Assembly: GCA_903851045.1 (NCBI GenBank)
Contig: CAINNF010000010.1
Coordinates: forward strand, 1,258 to 65,257
Source: Candidatus Adlerbacteria bacterium
GTDB taxonomy: Bacteria > Patescibacteriota > Minisyncoccia > Phycocordibacterales > SBAW01
Reading direction: 5' to 3'
DNA length: 64,000 bases
Position numbers and translations under genes: made by a program. How positions within the stretch are numbered: position 1 is the stretch's first letter; every line of letters begins with the position of its first letter. This document shows, in pieces, positions 47,346 through 57,205 of this stretch. The notes beneath the pieces are model-generated. The model did not search any database. It was not told the DNA's origin and worked only from the letters and a program-made list of their open reading frames with translations.

Positions 47346-48290
47346 ATGGCGAACAAAAAGCGGCTTTTTAGTGGTGTGCAGTCTTCGGGGACGTTGCATA
47401 TTGGGAACTACTTTGGCGCTCTGCGCCAGTGGAAGGATATGCAGGAGGAGTTCGACTGCGTCTTTAGCATCGTCGACTACCACGCGCTGACCTCGGTCAA
47501 GGACCCGGCGACACTGCACACCAACACCCTCAACGCCTTTAAGGATATCCTTGCGCTGGGCATTGACCCCGCGAAGTCCATCGTCTTTCAACAGTCCCAA
47601 GTTCAAGAACATCCCGAGCTCGCCTGGATCTTGGAGTGCGTCGTACCAGTCGCCATGCTCGAGCTCGGGCACGCCTACAAGGACAAGGTCGCCAAAGGAC
47701 TCGACGCCAACGCAGGGCTTTTTAACTACCCACTCCTGATGGCAGCGGACATCCTCCTCTACGACACCGACGTGGTGCCGGTGGGCGAAGACCAGCGTCA
47801 GCACATCGAGTACACGCGCGAGGCGGCGGCGAAGTTCAATCTCGCCTATGGCCCGACCTTTAAGGAGCCGCAGGAGCGCATCATGAAGGAGGTCGCGATA
47901 GTCCCCGGCACCGACGGCAAGAAGATGAGCAAGAGCTATGGCAACACCATCCCATTGTTCGGTACGAAGGAAGAGATTGCGAAGGCGGTGATGAGTATCG
48001 TCACCGACTCTTCGGGCGACCGACCCGAGAACGTCTACGCGATCCACAAACTACTCCACCCCGAAGAGCGCCTTGCACAGCTGTATGAATCCAATAAGGG
48101 AAAGTATAAGGTGCTCAAGGAGGCGCTCATCGAAGACATCGACGCATTTGTGGCGCCCATGCGCGAGAAGCGAAGCAGCATCACCGACGCGGACGTCGTG
48201 AGGGTCGCGAAGGAGGGGAGTGATAGAGCACGAGCGATCGCCTCGGCAAAGATGCAAGAGGTGCGCAAAAAGGTGGGCGCCACGTTGTAA
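47346..48290 (+). CDS. trpS: tryptophanyl-tRNA synthetase
   Basis: Class I HIGH-like (S)GVQSSGTLHIGNYFGA and KMSKS motifs; start set at the ATG at 47346 (MANKKRLFSG...). Confidence 0.9.
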   Translation: MANKKRLFSGVQSSGTLHIGNYFGALRQWKDMQEEFDCVFSIVDYHALTSVKDPATLHTNTLNAFKDILALGIDPAKSIVFQQSQVQEHPELAWILECVVPVAMLELGHAYKDKVAKGLDANAGLFNYPLLMAADILLYDTDVVPVGEDQRQHIEYTREAAAKFNLAYGPTFKEPQERIMKEVAIVPGTDGKKMSKSYGNTIPLFGTKEEIAKAVMSIVTDSSGDRPENVYAIHKLLHPEERLAQLYESNKGKYKVLKEALIEDIDAFVAPMREKRSSITDADVVRVAKEGSDRARAIASAKMQEVRKKVGATL

Positions 48291-48324
48291 CAAAAAACTA
48301 TTTTATAAAAAACAAAGCACGAGT

Positions 48325-49677
48325 ATGGAACGAACACTTATCGGGGAACTAGGCAGTAAAGTTGGAGAAGCGGTGCTCATCAAAGGGTGGGTCTCTGTTC
48401 GGCGCGACCAGGGCAAGATGGTCTTCTTCGACTTCCGCGACCGCTCCGGTTCGGTGCAGGGAGTGGTGTTGCCAAGCTCGGCCGCTATTGAAACAGCAAA
48501 AGAGATACGCAGCGAATACGTCGTCGCGGTCGAAGGTAAAGTCAACGCGCGCCCCGAGAAGAATCGCAACGCGAAAGTCCAAAACGGCGATATCGAGCTG
48601 GAGGTGACCGCGCTCACCATCCTCGCCAAGGCTGAGCCGCTCCCGTTCGACATGTCGGCAAGCGGCTACAACCTCGACCTCACCGCCGAGCTCGACCATC
48701 GCGCGCTCACGCTGCGCCACCCACGACTTCAGGCGATATTCAAGGTACAGGCGACCATCATCGACTCCTTCCGCGAGTACATGAAGTCGCAGGACTTCTT
48801 CGAGTTCCAGGCACCAGCCATTACGCCCGCGAGCGCCGAAGGTGGAGCCGAGGTCTTCGAGGTCGAATACTTCGACAAGAAGGCGTACCTCACCCAGTCG
48901 CCGCAGTTGTACAAACAGATCGTCATGACCGCGTTCGAGCGCGTCTTTTCGGTCAACAAGGTCTTTCGTGCCGAGCCAAGCTCGACCACCCGTCACATCA
49001 CGGAGTTCGTCTCGCTCGACGCAGAGATGGGGTTCATCGACTCGTGGCGCGATGTGCGCGACATGTCCGAGAACGTCGTCCGCCATATCCTGCAGGAACT
49101 GAAGGACCACCGCAGCAAGGAGCTCGAGTTCCTCGGCGCGACACTGCCGACCATGCTCGACACCACACCGACACTCTCGCTCACCGAGGCACAAGAAAAG
49201 ATCTTCGCGAAGACCGGACGAAACGTCGTGGGCGAAAAAGATCTAAGCTCTCAGGACGAACAGGACATCTGCGATATCCTCAAAGAGGAGACCGGCTCGG
49301 ACTTCGTCTATGTGTACGGCTATCCGACACGACAGAAACCTTTTTATGTGTACCCCAACCCCACACACCCCGAGTTCAACGAGGGCGTCGATCTCCTGTG
49401 CCGCGGGCGCGAATGGCTTTCGGGGGGCAGGCGTATCAACGACTACGCGCAACTGATGCAGCATGTCGAGCAGTGGGGGATGGACCCGGCAAAGATCGAG
49501 ATGTTCCTCGAAGCCTTTCGCTACGGCGCACCACCCGAAGGCGGTTTTGCGTTCGGTGCCGAGCGCATGACGATGCAGATCTTGGAGCTCAAAAACATCC
49601 GCGAAGCGACCCTCTTCCCCCGCGACATGAACCGCATCGACGGCCTACTTTCATCTCCAGAGACAAAGAAGGAGTAG
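48325..49677 (+). CDS. aspS: aspartyl-tRNA synthetase (short, archaeal/type-2-like, about 450 aa)
   Basis: N-terminal OB anticodon-binding domain (KGWVSVRRDQGKMVFFDFRDRSG) and class II motifs (FRAE...; GFAFGAERMTM); start set at the ATG at 48325. Confidence 0.9.
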   Translation: MERTLIGELGSKVGEAVLIKGWVSVRRDQGKMVFFDFRDRSGSVQGVVLPSSAAIETAKEIRSEYVVAVEGKVNARPEKNRNAKVQNGDIELEVTALTILAKAEPLPFDMSASGYNLDLTAELDHRALTLRHPRLQAIFKVQATIIDSFREYMKSQDFFEFQAPAITPASAEGGAEVFEVEYFDKKAYLTQSPQLYKQIVMTAFERVFSVNKVFRAEPSSTTRHITEFVSLDAEMGFIDSWRDVRDMSENVVRHILQELKDHRSKELEFLGATLPTMLDTTPTLSLTEAQEKIFAKTGRNVVGEKDLSSQDEQDICDILKEETGSDFVYVYGYPTRQKPFYVYPNPTHPEFNEGVDLLCRGREWLSGGRRINDYAQLMQHVEQWGMDPAKIEMFLEAFRYGAPPEGGFAFGAERMTMQILELKNIREATLFPRDMNRIDGLLSSPETKKE

Positions 49678-49698
49678 CTCGAAAAAATATGTATACAA

Positions 49699-49728
49699 AA
49701 AACGCGGCTCGGGGTCGAGCCGCGTTTT
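49699..49728. terminator. bidirectional rho-independent terminator
   Basis: aaaac-gcggctcg-gggt-cgagccgc-gtttt. Confidence 0.7.
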
Positions 49729-49731
49729 GGG

Positions 49732-50142
49732 TTATGGTGGGGCCTGCACGGATTCGCGCATCATGTCGAATACTTTTTCGATCTCGATACGCAGCAGACT
49801 CTCGTCATCGGAATCGACGACGCAGAGCTGCACCCCTGCAGTGACAGCATCATTCTCTTGGATGTCCGTCACGATCAAGATGACGCGGACCTGCACTAAA
49901 GCGGATTCGCTTTGGATCGTCTCCAACAGCTGGAACCCGCTCATGTGGTGCATACCCCAGTCGCAGATGACCAGGTCGAAGTCGCCCTTCCGCAACATCT
50001 TCAGCGCCTTCGTTGCCGTGTCCGTCGAGTCGAATTGGCCGGGCATATACCCCATTCGCCTCAAGATATCGCACATTTGCCGCCTATCGTCTCGGGACTC
50101 CCGAACGACCAAGATACGGGTCGCAGAACCGTCGGTCGTCAT
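49732..50142 (-). CDS. single-domain response regulator (CheY-like receiver)
   Basis: RILVVRESRDDRRQMCDILRRMGY...FDLVICDWGMHHMSG...ILIVTD, with the phospho-accepting Asp in LVICD. It has no output domain and no kinase gene adjacent. Confidence 0.8.
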   Translation of the reverse strand: MTTDGSATRILVVRESRDDRRQMCDILRRMGYMPGQFDSTDTATKALKMLRKGDFDLVICDWGMHHMSGFQLLETIQSESALVQVRVILIVTDIQENDAVTAGVQLCVVDSDDESLLRIEIEKVFDMMRESVQAPP

Positions 50143-50266
50143 AACCGCTCTTCCTTCCAGTTTTTATACCCCTGGTGGATATGGAGTACTCTGAGTTTTA
50201 TAATACAAACGAAATTATTAGTTGTCAACATTTGCGCCCCCGCACATCACAGGTACAGTGAGAGGT

Positions 50267-51670
50267 ATGAAACTAACATATACACCCGAAAAAGAGTCGG
50301 TCTCGGTCCGATTCGTCGAGAGTTTTGTGTCGCGTTTTACCGGGTCAGAGCTTGTGGTCGGCGGGGGCAGCGCGCAGCCCCTGACTCGTCGTAAGGTCAT
50401 TTTGCTCATGCGCAAGGTCATCTCGCTTGCGAAGCAAAATCGTATTTTTTCTATCACGCTCGACTGGAAGGATATGCGCGCTCTTACTGTCGACGGGGTA
50501 TCCGACCAGGGCCTCGGGGAGCTCGCCGCGACCGCGCTCTATATGGCCGACTACGAGCACATCACCTATAAACACGCGCCAAAGGAAGGGTTCGCCTTCG
50601 TGCGGACAGTGTCGATACAGGGGGTCTCCAAAGAGGGGAAGGAGGGGCTTGAACGGGGCCAGATCATCGCGCGGGAGGTGAACGCCTGCCGAGAGCTCTC
50701 TAACGTCCCTGGCGGGGACATGACCCCAAAAAACCTCTCCCAGGCGGCCAAAAAGGCCCTCCAGGGCTCGAAAGCGACCCTTAAGGTCCTTGGACCTAAA
50801 GAGATGGAGAAACTCGGTATGGGGGCAGTTATGGGCATTGCCAAGGGGTCGACCCACGAACCCCAATTCATCGTGATGGAATACTGGGGGGCAGGCAGTC
50901 CCTCGACTCGCTCCACTCGCTCGGGACAACTAAAACCGCTGGTTTTAGTTGGCAAGGGAGTCACCTTCGACACCGGGGGACTCAATATCAAGACAGGCGA
51001 CCATATGTACGAGATGCACCTCGACATGTCGGGTGGCGCTGCGGTCATACACACACTTGCGCTCGTCGCCAAACTAAAGCTCAAGGTCAATGTCGTCGGG
51101 TTGGTCCCCGCGGTCGAGAATAATCTGAGTGGTGACGCGGTCCGCCCTGGTGACATCCTCAAGTCGCTCTCCGGCAAGACGATCGAGATACTCAACACCG
51201 ATGCCGAAGGGCGAGTCATCCTTGCGGACGGTATCACTTACGCAAAGCGATACGAACCCGCTATGGTCGTCGACGTAGCGACGCTGACCGGCGCTTCGCT
51301 TATCGCTCTGGGTACCCAAGCATCGGCTTGTATGACCAACGACGAGAGTAAGATCGCTACCATCATGAATCTCGCCGAGGAAAGTGGCGACTACCTGTGG
51401 CCATTTCCAGCATGGGAAGAGTACGAGGCGATGACCAAAGGTACGTTCGCGGATGTGCCGAACATTTCGACTGACGGTAACAGCCGCTACGGAGGCGTTA
51501 TCGCGGGCGGCATGTTCCTCAAGGAGTTCGCCAACGAGCTTGGCTGCCTGTGGATACATGTCGACATGGCACCGCGCATGACGGCGACCGCGAACGAATT
51601 CCTCGCCAAAGGTGCCGCGGGTGCACCCGTTCGCTTTCTACTCAAACTGATCGAACATGGAGTAGAATAG
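50267..51670 (+). CDS. pepA: leucyl aminopeptidase (M17 family)
   Basis: NTDAEGR(V/L)ILADG signature, VGKGVTFDTGG; GAGAGG RBS before the ATG at 50267. Confidence 0.9.
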   Translation: MKLTYTPEKESVSVRFVESFVSRFTGSELVVGGGSAQPLTRRKVILLMRKVISLAKQNRIFSITLDWKDMRALTVDGVSDQGLGELAATALYMADYEHITYKHAPKEGFAFVRTVSIQGVSKEGKEGLERGQIIAREVNACRELSNVPGGDMTPKNLSQAAKKALQGSKATLKVLGPKEMEKLGMGAVMGIAKGSTHEPQFIVMEYWGAGSPSTRSTRSGQLKPLVLVGKGVTFDTGGLNIKTGDHMYEMHLDMSGGAAVIHTLALVAKLKLKVNVVGLVPAVENNLSGDAVRPGDILKSLSGKTIEILNTDAEGRVILADGITYAKRYEPAMVVDVATLTGASLIALGTQASACMTNDESKIATIMNLAEESGDYLWPFPAWEEYEAMTKGTFADVPNISTDGNSRYGGVIAGGMFLKEFANELGCLWIHVDMAPRMTATANEFLAKGAAGAPVRFLLKLIEHGVE

Positions 51671-51674
51671 GCGA

Positions 51675-52424
51675 ATGCAGAGCGCCCCAACCGTCAAAAC
51701 ACCCATCTACGAAGGCCCACTGGACCTCTTGCTCGAATTGATAGAGAAGCGCAAGCTCCTGATCAACGACATTTCGCTTGCGGAGGTCACCGACGAGTAC
51801 ATCGCGCGTATCAACGCTATGGACGAGCTGCCGGTCGGAGAGACGGCGGAGTTCATCTCGCTTGCCGCGACATTACTACTGATCAAATCCCGATCGTTGC
51901 TGCCGACACTCTCTATCACAGGAGAGGAGGCAAAGGATATCAAAGAACTCGAGTACCGGCTCGCCATCTATCAACTCATAAAAGAAGCGGCGCAATCGCT
52001 CGGGATCGCGGCCCGCGGACCATATCTGTTCCCGGGTGAGGCACCGGAGCCAGAACCTCTGTTCGTGTTCGACTCGTCCATAACTCCGGACGCACTGCGC
52101 GCTGCCGCACAGTCGCTCATTGACGGCTTCCCGACCGCGCTCGCGCTCCCGAAGGTCTCTGTGAAAAAGATAGTTTCGCTCGAAGAGATGGTGGAGCGGC
52201 TTGCGGACCGGATATCGAACGCTTTCACACTTTCGTTCAAAGAGTTCAGTGGACTGACCGCACACGACGGCGCGGAGGTCGCCGAGATGAAACACACGGT
52301 CATCGTCAGCTTTTTAGCGCTGCTCGAACTCGTAAAGCGAGGTATAATCAACGCACAGCAGCATGAACGCTTCGGAGATATCACGCTCCAGTCCGATGCC
52401 GTATCCCTTCCAACCTATGAATGA
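51675..52424 (+). CDS. scpA: segregation and condensation protein A
   Basis: PIYEGPLDLLLELIEKRKLLINDISLAEVTDEYI, the conserved ScpA N-terminus. Confidence 0.85.
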   Translation: MQSAPTVKTPIYEGPLDLLLELIEKRKLLINDISLAEVTDEYIARINAMDELPVGETAEFISLAATLLLIKSRSLLPTLSITGEEAKDIKELEYRLAIYQLIKEAAQSLGIAARGPYLFPGEAPEPEPLFVFDSSITPDALRAAAQSLIDGFPTALALPKVSVKKIVSLEEMVERLADRISNAFTLSFKEFSGLTAHDGAEVAEMKHTVIVSFLALLELVKRGIINAQQHERFGDITLQSDAVSLPTYE

Positions 52425-52968
52425 CGACACACTTCGAGCACACATTGAGGGACTTCTCTTCGGCCTAGGGAAGCCTCTTTCGCGCGACGAGCTGCTCAAG
52501 ATGCTCGCCGTCGAACCAGCACAGCTCGAATCCGCCATAGCCACCCTACAGCACGCACACGACCGCGGTATCGTCGTGGTCGACGATGGTACGACGATAG
52601 AATTGCGCACGGCCCCCGTGGTCGCAGAGCTCATGGAACATATCCGGCGCGACGAGTTAGGCCGTGACGTGGGGCGTGCCGGACTCGAGGTGTTGGCTGC
52701 GATCATCTACCGAGGGCCTCTCACACGCACCGATATCGATTTTATCCGTGGCGTCAATTCGTCGCAGACCATTCGAACGCTCGCCACCCGCGGGCTTATC
52801 CGTCGCGTGCAGAACACGAAAGGTTCGTTCCTGTACGAAGCTACGACCGAGACACTTGCTGAGATGGGTGCGACGCACCCACGAGACCTGCCTGCGTTCG
52901 ACACGACACGAGAGAAACTAACCGCACTCGAGAACGCATATCGAGGGACACACGAAGATCACGTATGA
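52417..52968 (+). CDS. scpB: segregation and condensation protein B
   Basis: LRAHIEGLLFGLGKPLSRDEL...EVLAAIIYRGPLTRTDIDFIRGVNS (two winged helices); ATG at 52417 overlaps the scpA stop. Confidence 0.8.
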   Translation: MNDDTLRAHIEGLLFGLGKPLSRDELLKMLAVEPAQLESAIATLQHAHDRGIVVVDDGTTIELRTAPVVAELMEHIRRDELGRDVGRAGLEVLAAIIYRGPLTRTDIDFIRGVNSSQTIRTLATRGLIRRVQNTKGSFLYEATTETLAEMGATHPRDLPAFDTTREKLTALENAYRGTHEDHV

Positions 52969-53870
52969 GGGGTGTACGCATACCACGCACAAGGCAGACC
53001 GCAGTGGCACTTACCTGTGCGCTTGTCGTATCGGCTGGTGCGGTCATAGGGGGTACGACCATAGCGATACTGCACCGTGACGGTTTTGATGCTGGACCGG
53101 CAGCCGCAGTTGCAGCATTCCCGCCTACCATAACCGCACAACCAGCGCTCATCGGAAAAGCCGCGATCATCTTCGACCCGACCGATGGTCGCATTCTCTT
53201 CCAAAAGAACGCGGACATGCAACTGCCGCTTGCCTCGATTACAAAACTCATGACCGCCGACATCGTTCTCACCGCGGAAAGTCCCGATACCCGAGTGACC
53301 ATCACACCAAGCGCGCTCGCCCCGGAAGAGGGCTCGGGACTCAAGGTTGGTGACGTCGTGACGCTCGGCGAGCTGTTACGTCTGGGTTTGGTAGCATCCT
53401 CCAACGACGCGATGCAGGCTGCGGCGGAGAGTCTCGGCGCCAACTACATCGACCGGATGAACCGAACAGCGAGGGATCTCGGGTTTACCGAAACCTACTT
53501 TCGTAATCCGACCGGCCTCGACGTGAGTGCCGACACCTCGGGCGCATACAGTTCGGCATACGACGTCGCTCGGTTGGCGGCTCTGTTCTATAAACAGTAT
53601 CCGACCCTGTTCGAACAGACACAACAAAGCAGCGTCTCGATACACGTCGGGGACCGTGTGTTGACCAAACCCGCGACCGCTGCTCCACTTCTCACAACCC
53701 CGGGCCTCATTGGCGCAAAAACGGGCTATACTACCCTAGCAGGCGGGAATTTGGTCGCGGTCTTCGACAGAGAGATCGACCACCCACTGGTCGCGGTCGT
53801 ATTAGGGTCGACCAGGGATGGACGATTCGACGACATGCAAACACTTATCTCCATCGCACGAAAAAACTAA
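52965..53870 (+). CDS. D-alanyl-D-alanine carboxypeptidase (S11 family, PBP5/6-like)
   Basis: Signal anchor; SxxK (ASITKLMT), SxN (SSND) and KTG (KTGYT) motifs. Confidence 0.8.
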   Translation: MRGVRIPRTRQTAVALTCALVVSAGAVIGGTTIAILHRDGFDAGPAAAVAAFPPTITAQPALIGKAAIIFDPTDGRILFQKNADMQLPLASITKLMTADIVLTAESPDTRVTITPSALAPEEGSGLKVGDVVTLGELLRLGLVASSNDAMQAAAESLGANYIDRMNRTARDLGFTETYFRNPTGLDVSADTSGAYSSAYDVARLAALFYKQYPTLFEQTQQSSVSIHVGDRVLTKPATAAPLLTTPGLIGAKTGYTTLAGGNLVAVFDREIDHPLVAVVLGSTRDGRFDDMQTLISIARKN

Positions 53871-53877
53871 AGAATAT

Positions 53878-54933
53878 ATGACATCTCCCGAAATAATGCG
53901 CGTATTCATCCCCACCACGATATCTTTTCTTATCGGTATCGGCACGACCCCCTTTATCGCGCATTTTCTCTACAAGTACGAAATGTGGAAACCAAAAGGT
54001 GGGAAGACCGCCCTTGATGGTACGCCAGCCGAAATCTTCAACGCACTACACGAAAAGAAGGAGGTCGGCACACCTCGACTCGGCGGCGTCGTGGTGTGGG
54101 GGAGTGTCATCCTGTGCGCACTGCTCCTGTCGACGCTCGCAGCACTCGTCCCAGATGGTTTTGGTTCGCTTGCGTTCATAAGCAGAAGCCAAACCTGGGT
54201 GCCGCTTGCCGCACTCCTTGCGGGCGCGCTCGTCGGACTTCTCGACGACCTGTATGAGGTACAGGGGAGGAAGGGGCTGCGTCTTCGTACCCGCCTTGGT
54301 TTCGTCGCAGTAACCGCACTTCTGTGTGCCTACTGGTTTTATAGCAAGCTCGGCGTCTCATCCATATCGTTCCCACTCGTCGCCACCCCCATAGAACTTG
54401 GTGTCTTATTCATTCCTTTTTTCATACTGGTCGCACTCTTCATCTATGCAGGGGGTGTTATCGACGGTATCGACGGACTCGCGGGAGGCGTCTTCTGTTC
54501 GATCTTCGCTGCATATGCAGGCATAGCCTTTTTCCAAAATCAACTCGACCTCGCCGCACTGTCCGGGGCGATCGCGGGAGGACTGCTCGCGTTCTTATGG
54601 TTCAATATCCCGCCCGCCCGTTTCTACCTGTCCGAAACAGGGACCATGGGACTCACTCTGGCACTCGTCGTGATAGCCTTCCTCACCGACACCTTGAGTC
54701 ACGGCAAAGGTGTCGCGGCGCTGCCGATCATCGCGCTCCCGCTCGTGGTGACCGTATGCTCGAACATCCTGCAGATGGTAAGCAAAAAAATGTTTGGGAA
54801 GAAATTGCTCCGCATCGCGCCACTGCACCACCACTTCGAAGCTATCGGCTGGCCAGCGTACAAGGTCACCATGCGGTACTGGATCGTCGGTGCGGTCGCC
54901 GCGATCGTTGGCATGTCGCTCGCTTTACTGTAG
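53878..54933 (+). CDS. mraY: phospho-N-acetylmuramoyl-pentapeptide transferase
   Basis: Polytopic; GTPRLGGVVVW, DD motif (LLDDLYEV), and NIPPARFYLSETGTMGL; start set at the ATG at 53878. Confidence 0.9.
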   Translation: MTSPEIMRVFIPTTISFLIGIGTTPFIAHFLYKYEMWKPKGGKTALDGTPAEIFNALHEKKEVGTPRLGGVVVWGSVILCALLLSTLAALVPDGFGSLAFISRSQTWVPLAALLAGALVGLLDDLYEVQGRKGLRLRTRLGFVAVTALLCAYWFYSKLGVSSISFPLVATPIELGVLFIPFFILVALFIYAGGVIDGIDGLAGGVFCSIFAAYAGIAFFQNQLDLAALSGAIAGGLLAFLWFNIPPARFYLSETGTMGLTLALVVIAFLTDTLSHGKGVAALPIIALPLVVTVCSNILQMVSKKMFGKKLLRIAPLHHHFEAIGWPAYKVTMRYWIVGAVAAIVGMSLALL

Positions 54934-54945
54934 TCGTATCGTTGT

Positions 54946-56043
54946 ATGAGACGAACCATCGACATCCCTTTCTTGCTAACTCTCTGCGCGCTGCTCGTGT
55001 TCGGTCTGCTCATATTCACCTCCGCGGCCATGGGGCTGCTGGCGCACGACGGCGGGGCGAGCTTTACGTCGGTCGCGGCAAGTCAACTCTTGTTCGGGTT
55101 CCTATGCGGCGGGGGACTGCTCGTTTTTTTCGCACGGCTCGACTACAAACAGCTGCGCCACTATACCCCGTACCTGTTCGGGGCCGCAGTATGTATCTCG
55201 CTTCTTACCTTCGTGCCACATATCGGATTATCGCTCAAGGGTGCCTCGCGTTGGATAGTCATCGGCCCGTTCTCCTTCCAACCCGAAGAGATATTGAAGT
55301 TCGCCACGATACTCTTCCTTGCCGCGGTATATTCGTCCAACGTCAAGGCGATACGAACGTTTCGCGGTGGTATGTTGCCGCTCGGGCTGATCGCTGGTAC
55401 CGCAGCGACGATACTTATCATCCAGCCGGATACTGCCGGCGTCATCATCATCGGCATGGCGTGCGTGAGCATGCTCTTTGCGGCAGGGGGCAAGCTCTGG
55501 CACTTCGGATTATTGTTCCTTGTCGGCATGCTCGCCATCACTGCGGCCGCGTTCACCTATCCGCACGTGGCGCAACGCCTCCACACCTACCTCGACATGT
55601 CCGCCGACCCACAAGGGTCGGGGTACCAAATCCAACAGTCGCTCATTGCGGTCGGCTCCGGTCAGTTCTCTGGGCGCGGCTTCGGGCAGAGTATCGAGAA
55701 GTTCTCGTACCTCCCTGAACCGATAGGGGACTCGATCTTCGCGGTCGAAGGAGAGGAGTTCGGTTTCATCGGTAGCACGGTACTCGTTCTCATGTTCGCC
55801 ACCTTCGGCATACTGGGACTCCGTATTGCCGCGCGTGCACCCGACCCGTTCGGGGGACTCGTCGTCGTGGGACTCGTGATGCTGATCGTCGGACAATCGT
55901 TCTTCAACATAGCCTCGACGCTGGGCCTCGTCCCCCTGATCGGCGTTCCACTTATCTTCGTCTCGCACGGTGGTACCGCACTGGCCTTCGCCTTGGCCGA
56001 GGTCGGTGTGATACTCTCCGTCTCTCGGCATATGAAAAATTAA
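54946..56043 (+). CDS. ftsW: SEDS-family peptidoglycan glycosyltransferase FtsW/RodA
   Basis: Ten-TM SEDS topology; GQSFFNIASTLGLVPLIGVPLIFVSHGGT, the conserved C-terminal SEDS motif. Confidence 0.85.
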   Translation: MRRTIDIPFLLTLCALLVFGLLIFTSAAMGLLAHDGGASFTSVAASQLLFGFLCGGGLLVFFARLDYKQLRHYTPYLFGAAVCISLLTFVPHIGLSLKGASRWIVIGPFSFQPEEILKFATILFLAAVYSSNVKAIRTFRGGMLPLGLIAGTAATILIIQPDTAGVIIIGMACVSMLFAAGGKLWHFGLLFLVGMLAITAAAFTYPHVAQRLHTYLDMSADPQGSGYQIQQSLIAVGSGQFSGRGFGQSIEKFSYLPEPIGDSIFAVEGEEFGFIGSTVLVLMFATFGILGLRIAARAPDPFGGLVVVGLVMLIVGQSFFNIASTLGLVPLIGVPLIFVSHGGTALAFALAEVGVILSVSRHMKN

Positions 56044-56074
56044 TACTTATTTGGTACAGTACTAGATACATCGT

Positions 56075-57205
56075 ATGAAGATCTTATTTACTGGAGGAGG
56101 TTCGGGGGGACACTTCTACCCCATCATCGCCGTTGCCGAAGGCGTACACGATCTGGTTCGAGACAAACGATTGATCGAACCTGAATTGTTCTATATGGCG
56201 CCGGACCCATACGACGCCGACCTTCTGTTCCAATACAACATCACCTTCATCCAAACACCCGCCGGTAAACTTCGGCGCTACTTTTCGCCGCTTAATATCA
56301 CCGACGGATTCAAGACCGCGTACGGTATAGCGGTCTCCTTGTGGCGCTTGTTCTTTCTGTACCCGGACGTCGTCTTCGGGTCGGGAGGATACGGGAGTTT
56401 TCCGGCGCTTTTTGCCGCACGTATACTCCGCATCCCGGTGATCATCTATGCGACCGATGCCGTCCCAAGCCGAGTGAACCGTTGGGCCGGAAAGTTCGCG
56501 GTCAAGGTCGCTCTGTCGTTTCCTGATGCGGCGGCGTACTTCCCAAAAGAGAAGGTCGCCTTCACGGGGAATCCGATCCGCAAATCACTGTTACTGCCGG
56601 CACGCGAAGGTGTGTACGAATTTTTGAGACTTGAAAAATCATTACCGGTACTCTTCATCGAAGGCGGCTCGCAAGGAGCGACGATGATCAACGATGCGGT
56701 GCTGGCGGCCCTACCGCAACTGCTGCAGAAGTACCAGGTAGTCCACCAGACTGGCGCCGCTCACATAGCCGAAGTCGAGGGGGTAGCGAAGGTGGTGCTC
56801 GGTTCTTCTCCGCTCGCGAAGAACTACCGACCGTACGGATATCTGAACGAACTATCCCTACGTATGGTCGCTGGTGTGGCGAAGTTGGTCGTCTCCCGCG
56901 CAGGTGCGGGTAGCATCTTTGAAATCGCAACATGGGGTATACCTTCCATACTTATACCCATACCCGAGGACATATCACACGACCAAACGAAGAACGCGTT
57001 CGTGTACGCACGCACGGGAGCCGCGGTCGTCATCGAACAGAACAATCTACGAGCTGGCGTACTGGTGTCGGAGATCGACCGTATTCTTGAACATCCCGAG
57101 ATTTCACGTAGTATGGCTGGGGCGGCTCGCGCCTTCTCTCGTGTCGATGCATCTCGAACCATCGCCGAAGCACTGCTCGCCATAGCCCTCTCCCATGAAT
57201 CCTAA
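56075..57205 (+). CDS. murG: undecaprenyldiphospho-muramoylpentapeptide beta-N-acetylglucosaminyltransferase
   Basis: MKILFTGGGSGGHFYPIIAV G-loop; GT28 N- and C-domains. Confidence 0.9.
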   Translation: MKILFTGGGSGGHFYPIIAVAEGVHDLVRDKRLIEPELFYMAPDPYDADLLFQYNITFIQTPAGKLRRYFSPLNITDGFKTAYGIAVSLWRLFFLYPDVVFGSGGYGSFPALFAARILRIPVIIYATDAVPSRVNRWAGKFAVKVALSFPDAAAYFPKEKVAFTGNPIRKSLLLPAREGVYEFLRLEKSLPVLFIEGGSQGATMINDAVLAALPQLLQKYQVVHQTGAAHIAEVEGVAKVVLGSSPLAKNYRPYGYLNELSLRMVAGVAKLVVSRAGAGSIFEIATWGIPSILIPIPEDISHDQTKNAFVYARTGAAVVIEQNNLRAGVLVSEIDRILEHPEISRSMAGAARAFSRVDASRTIAEALLAIALSHES

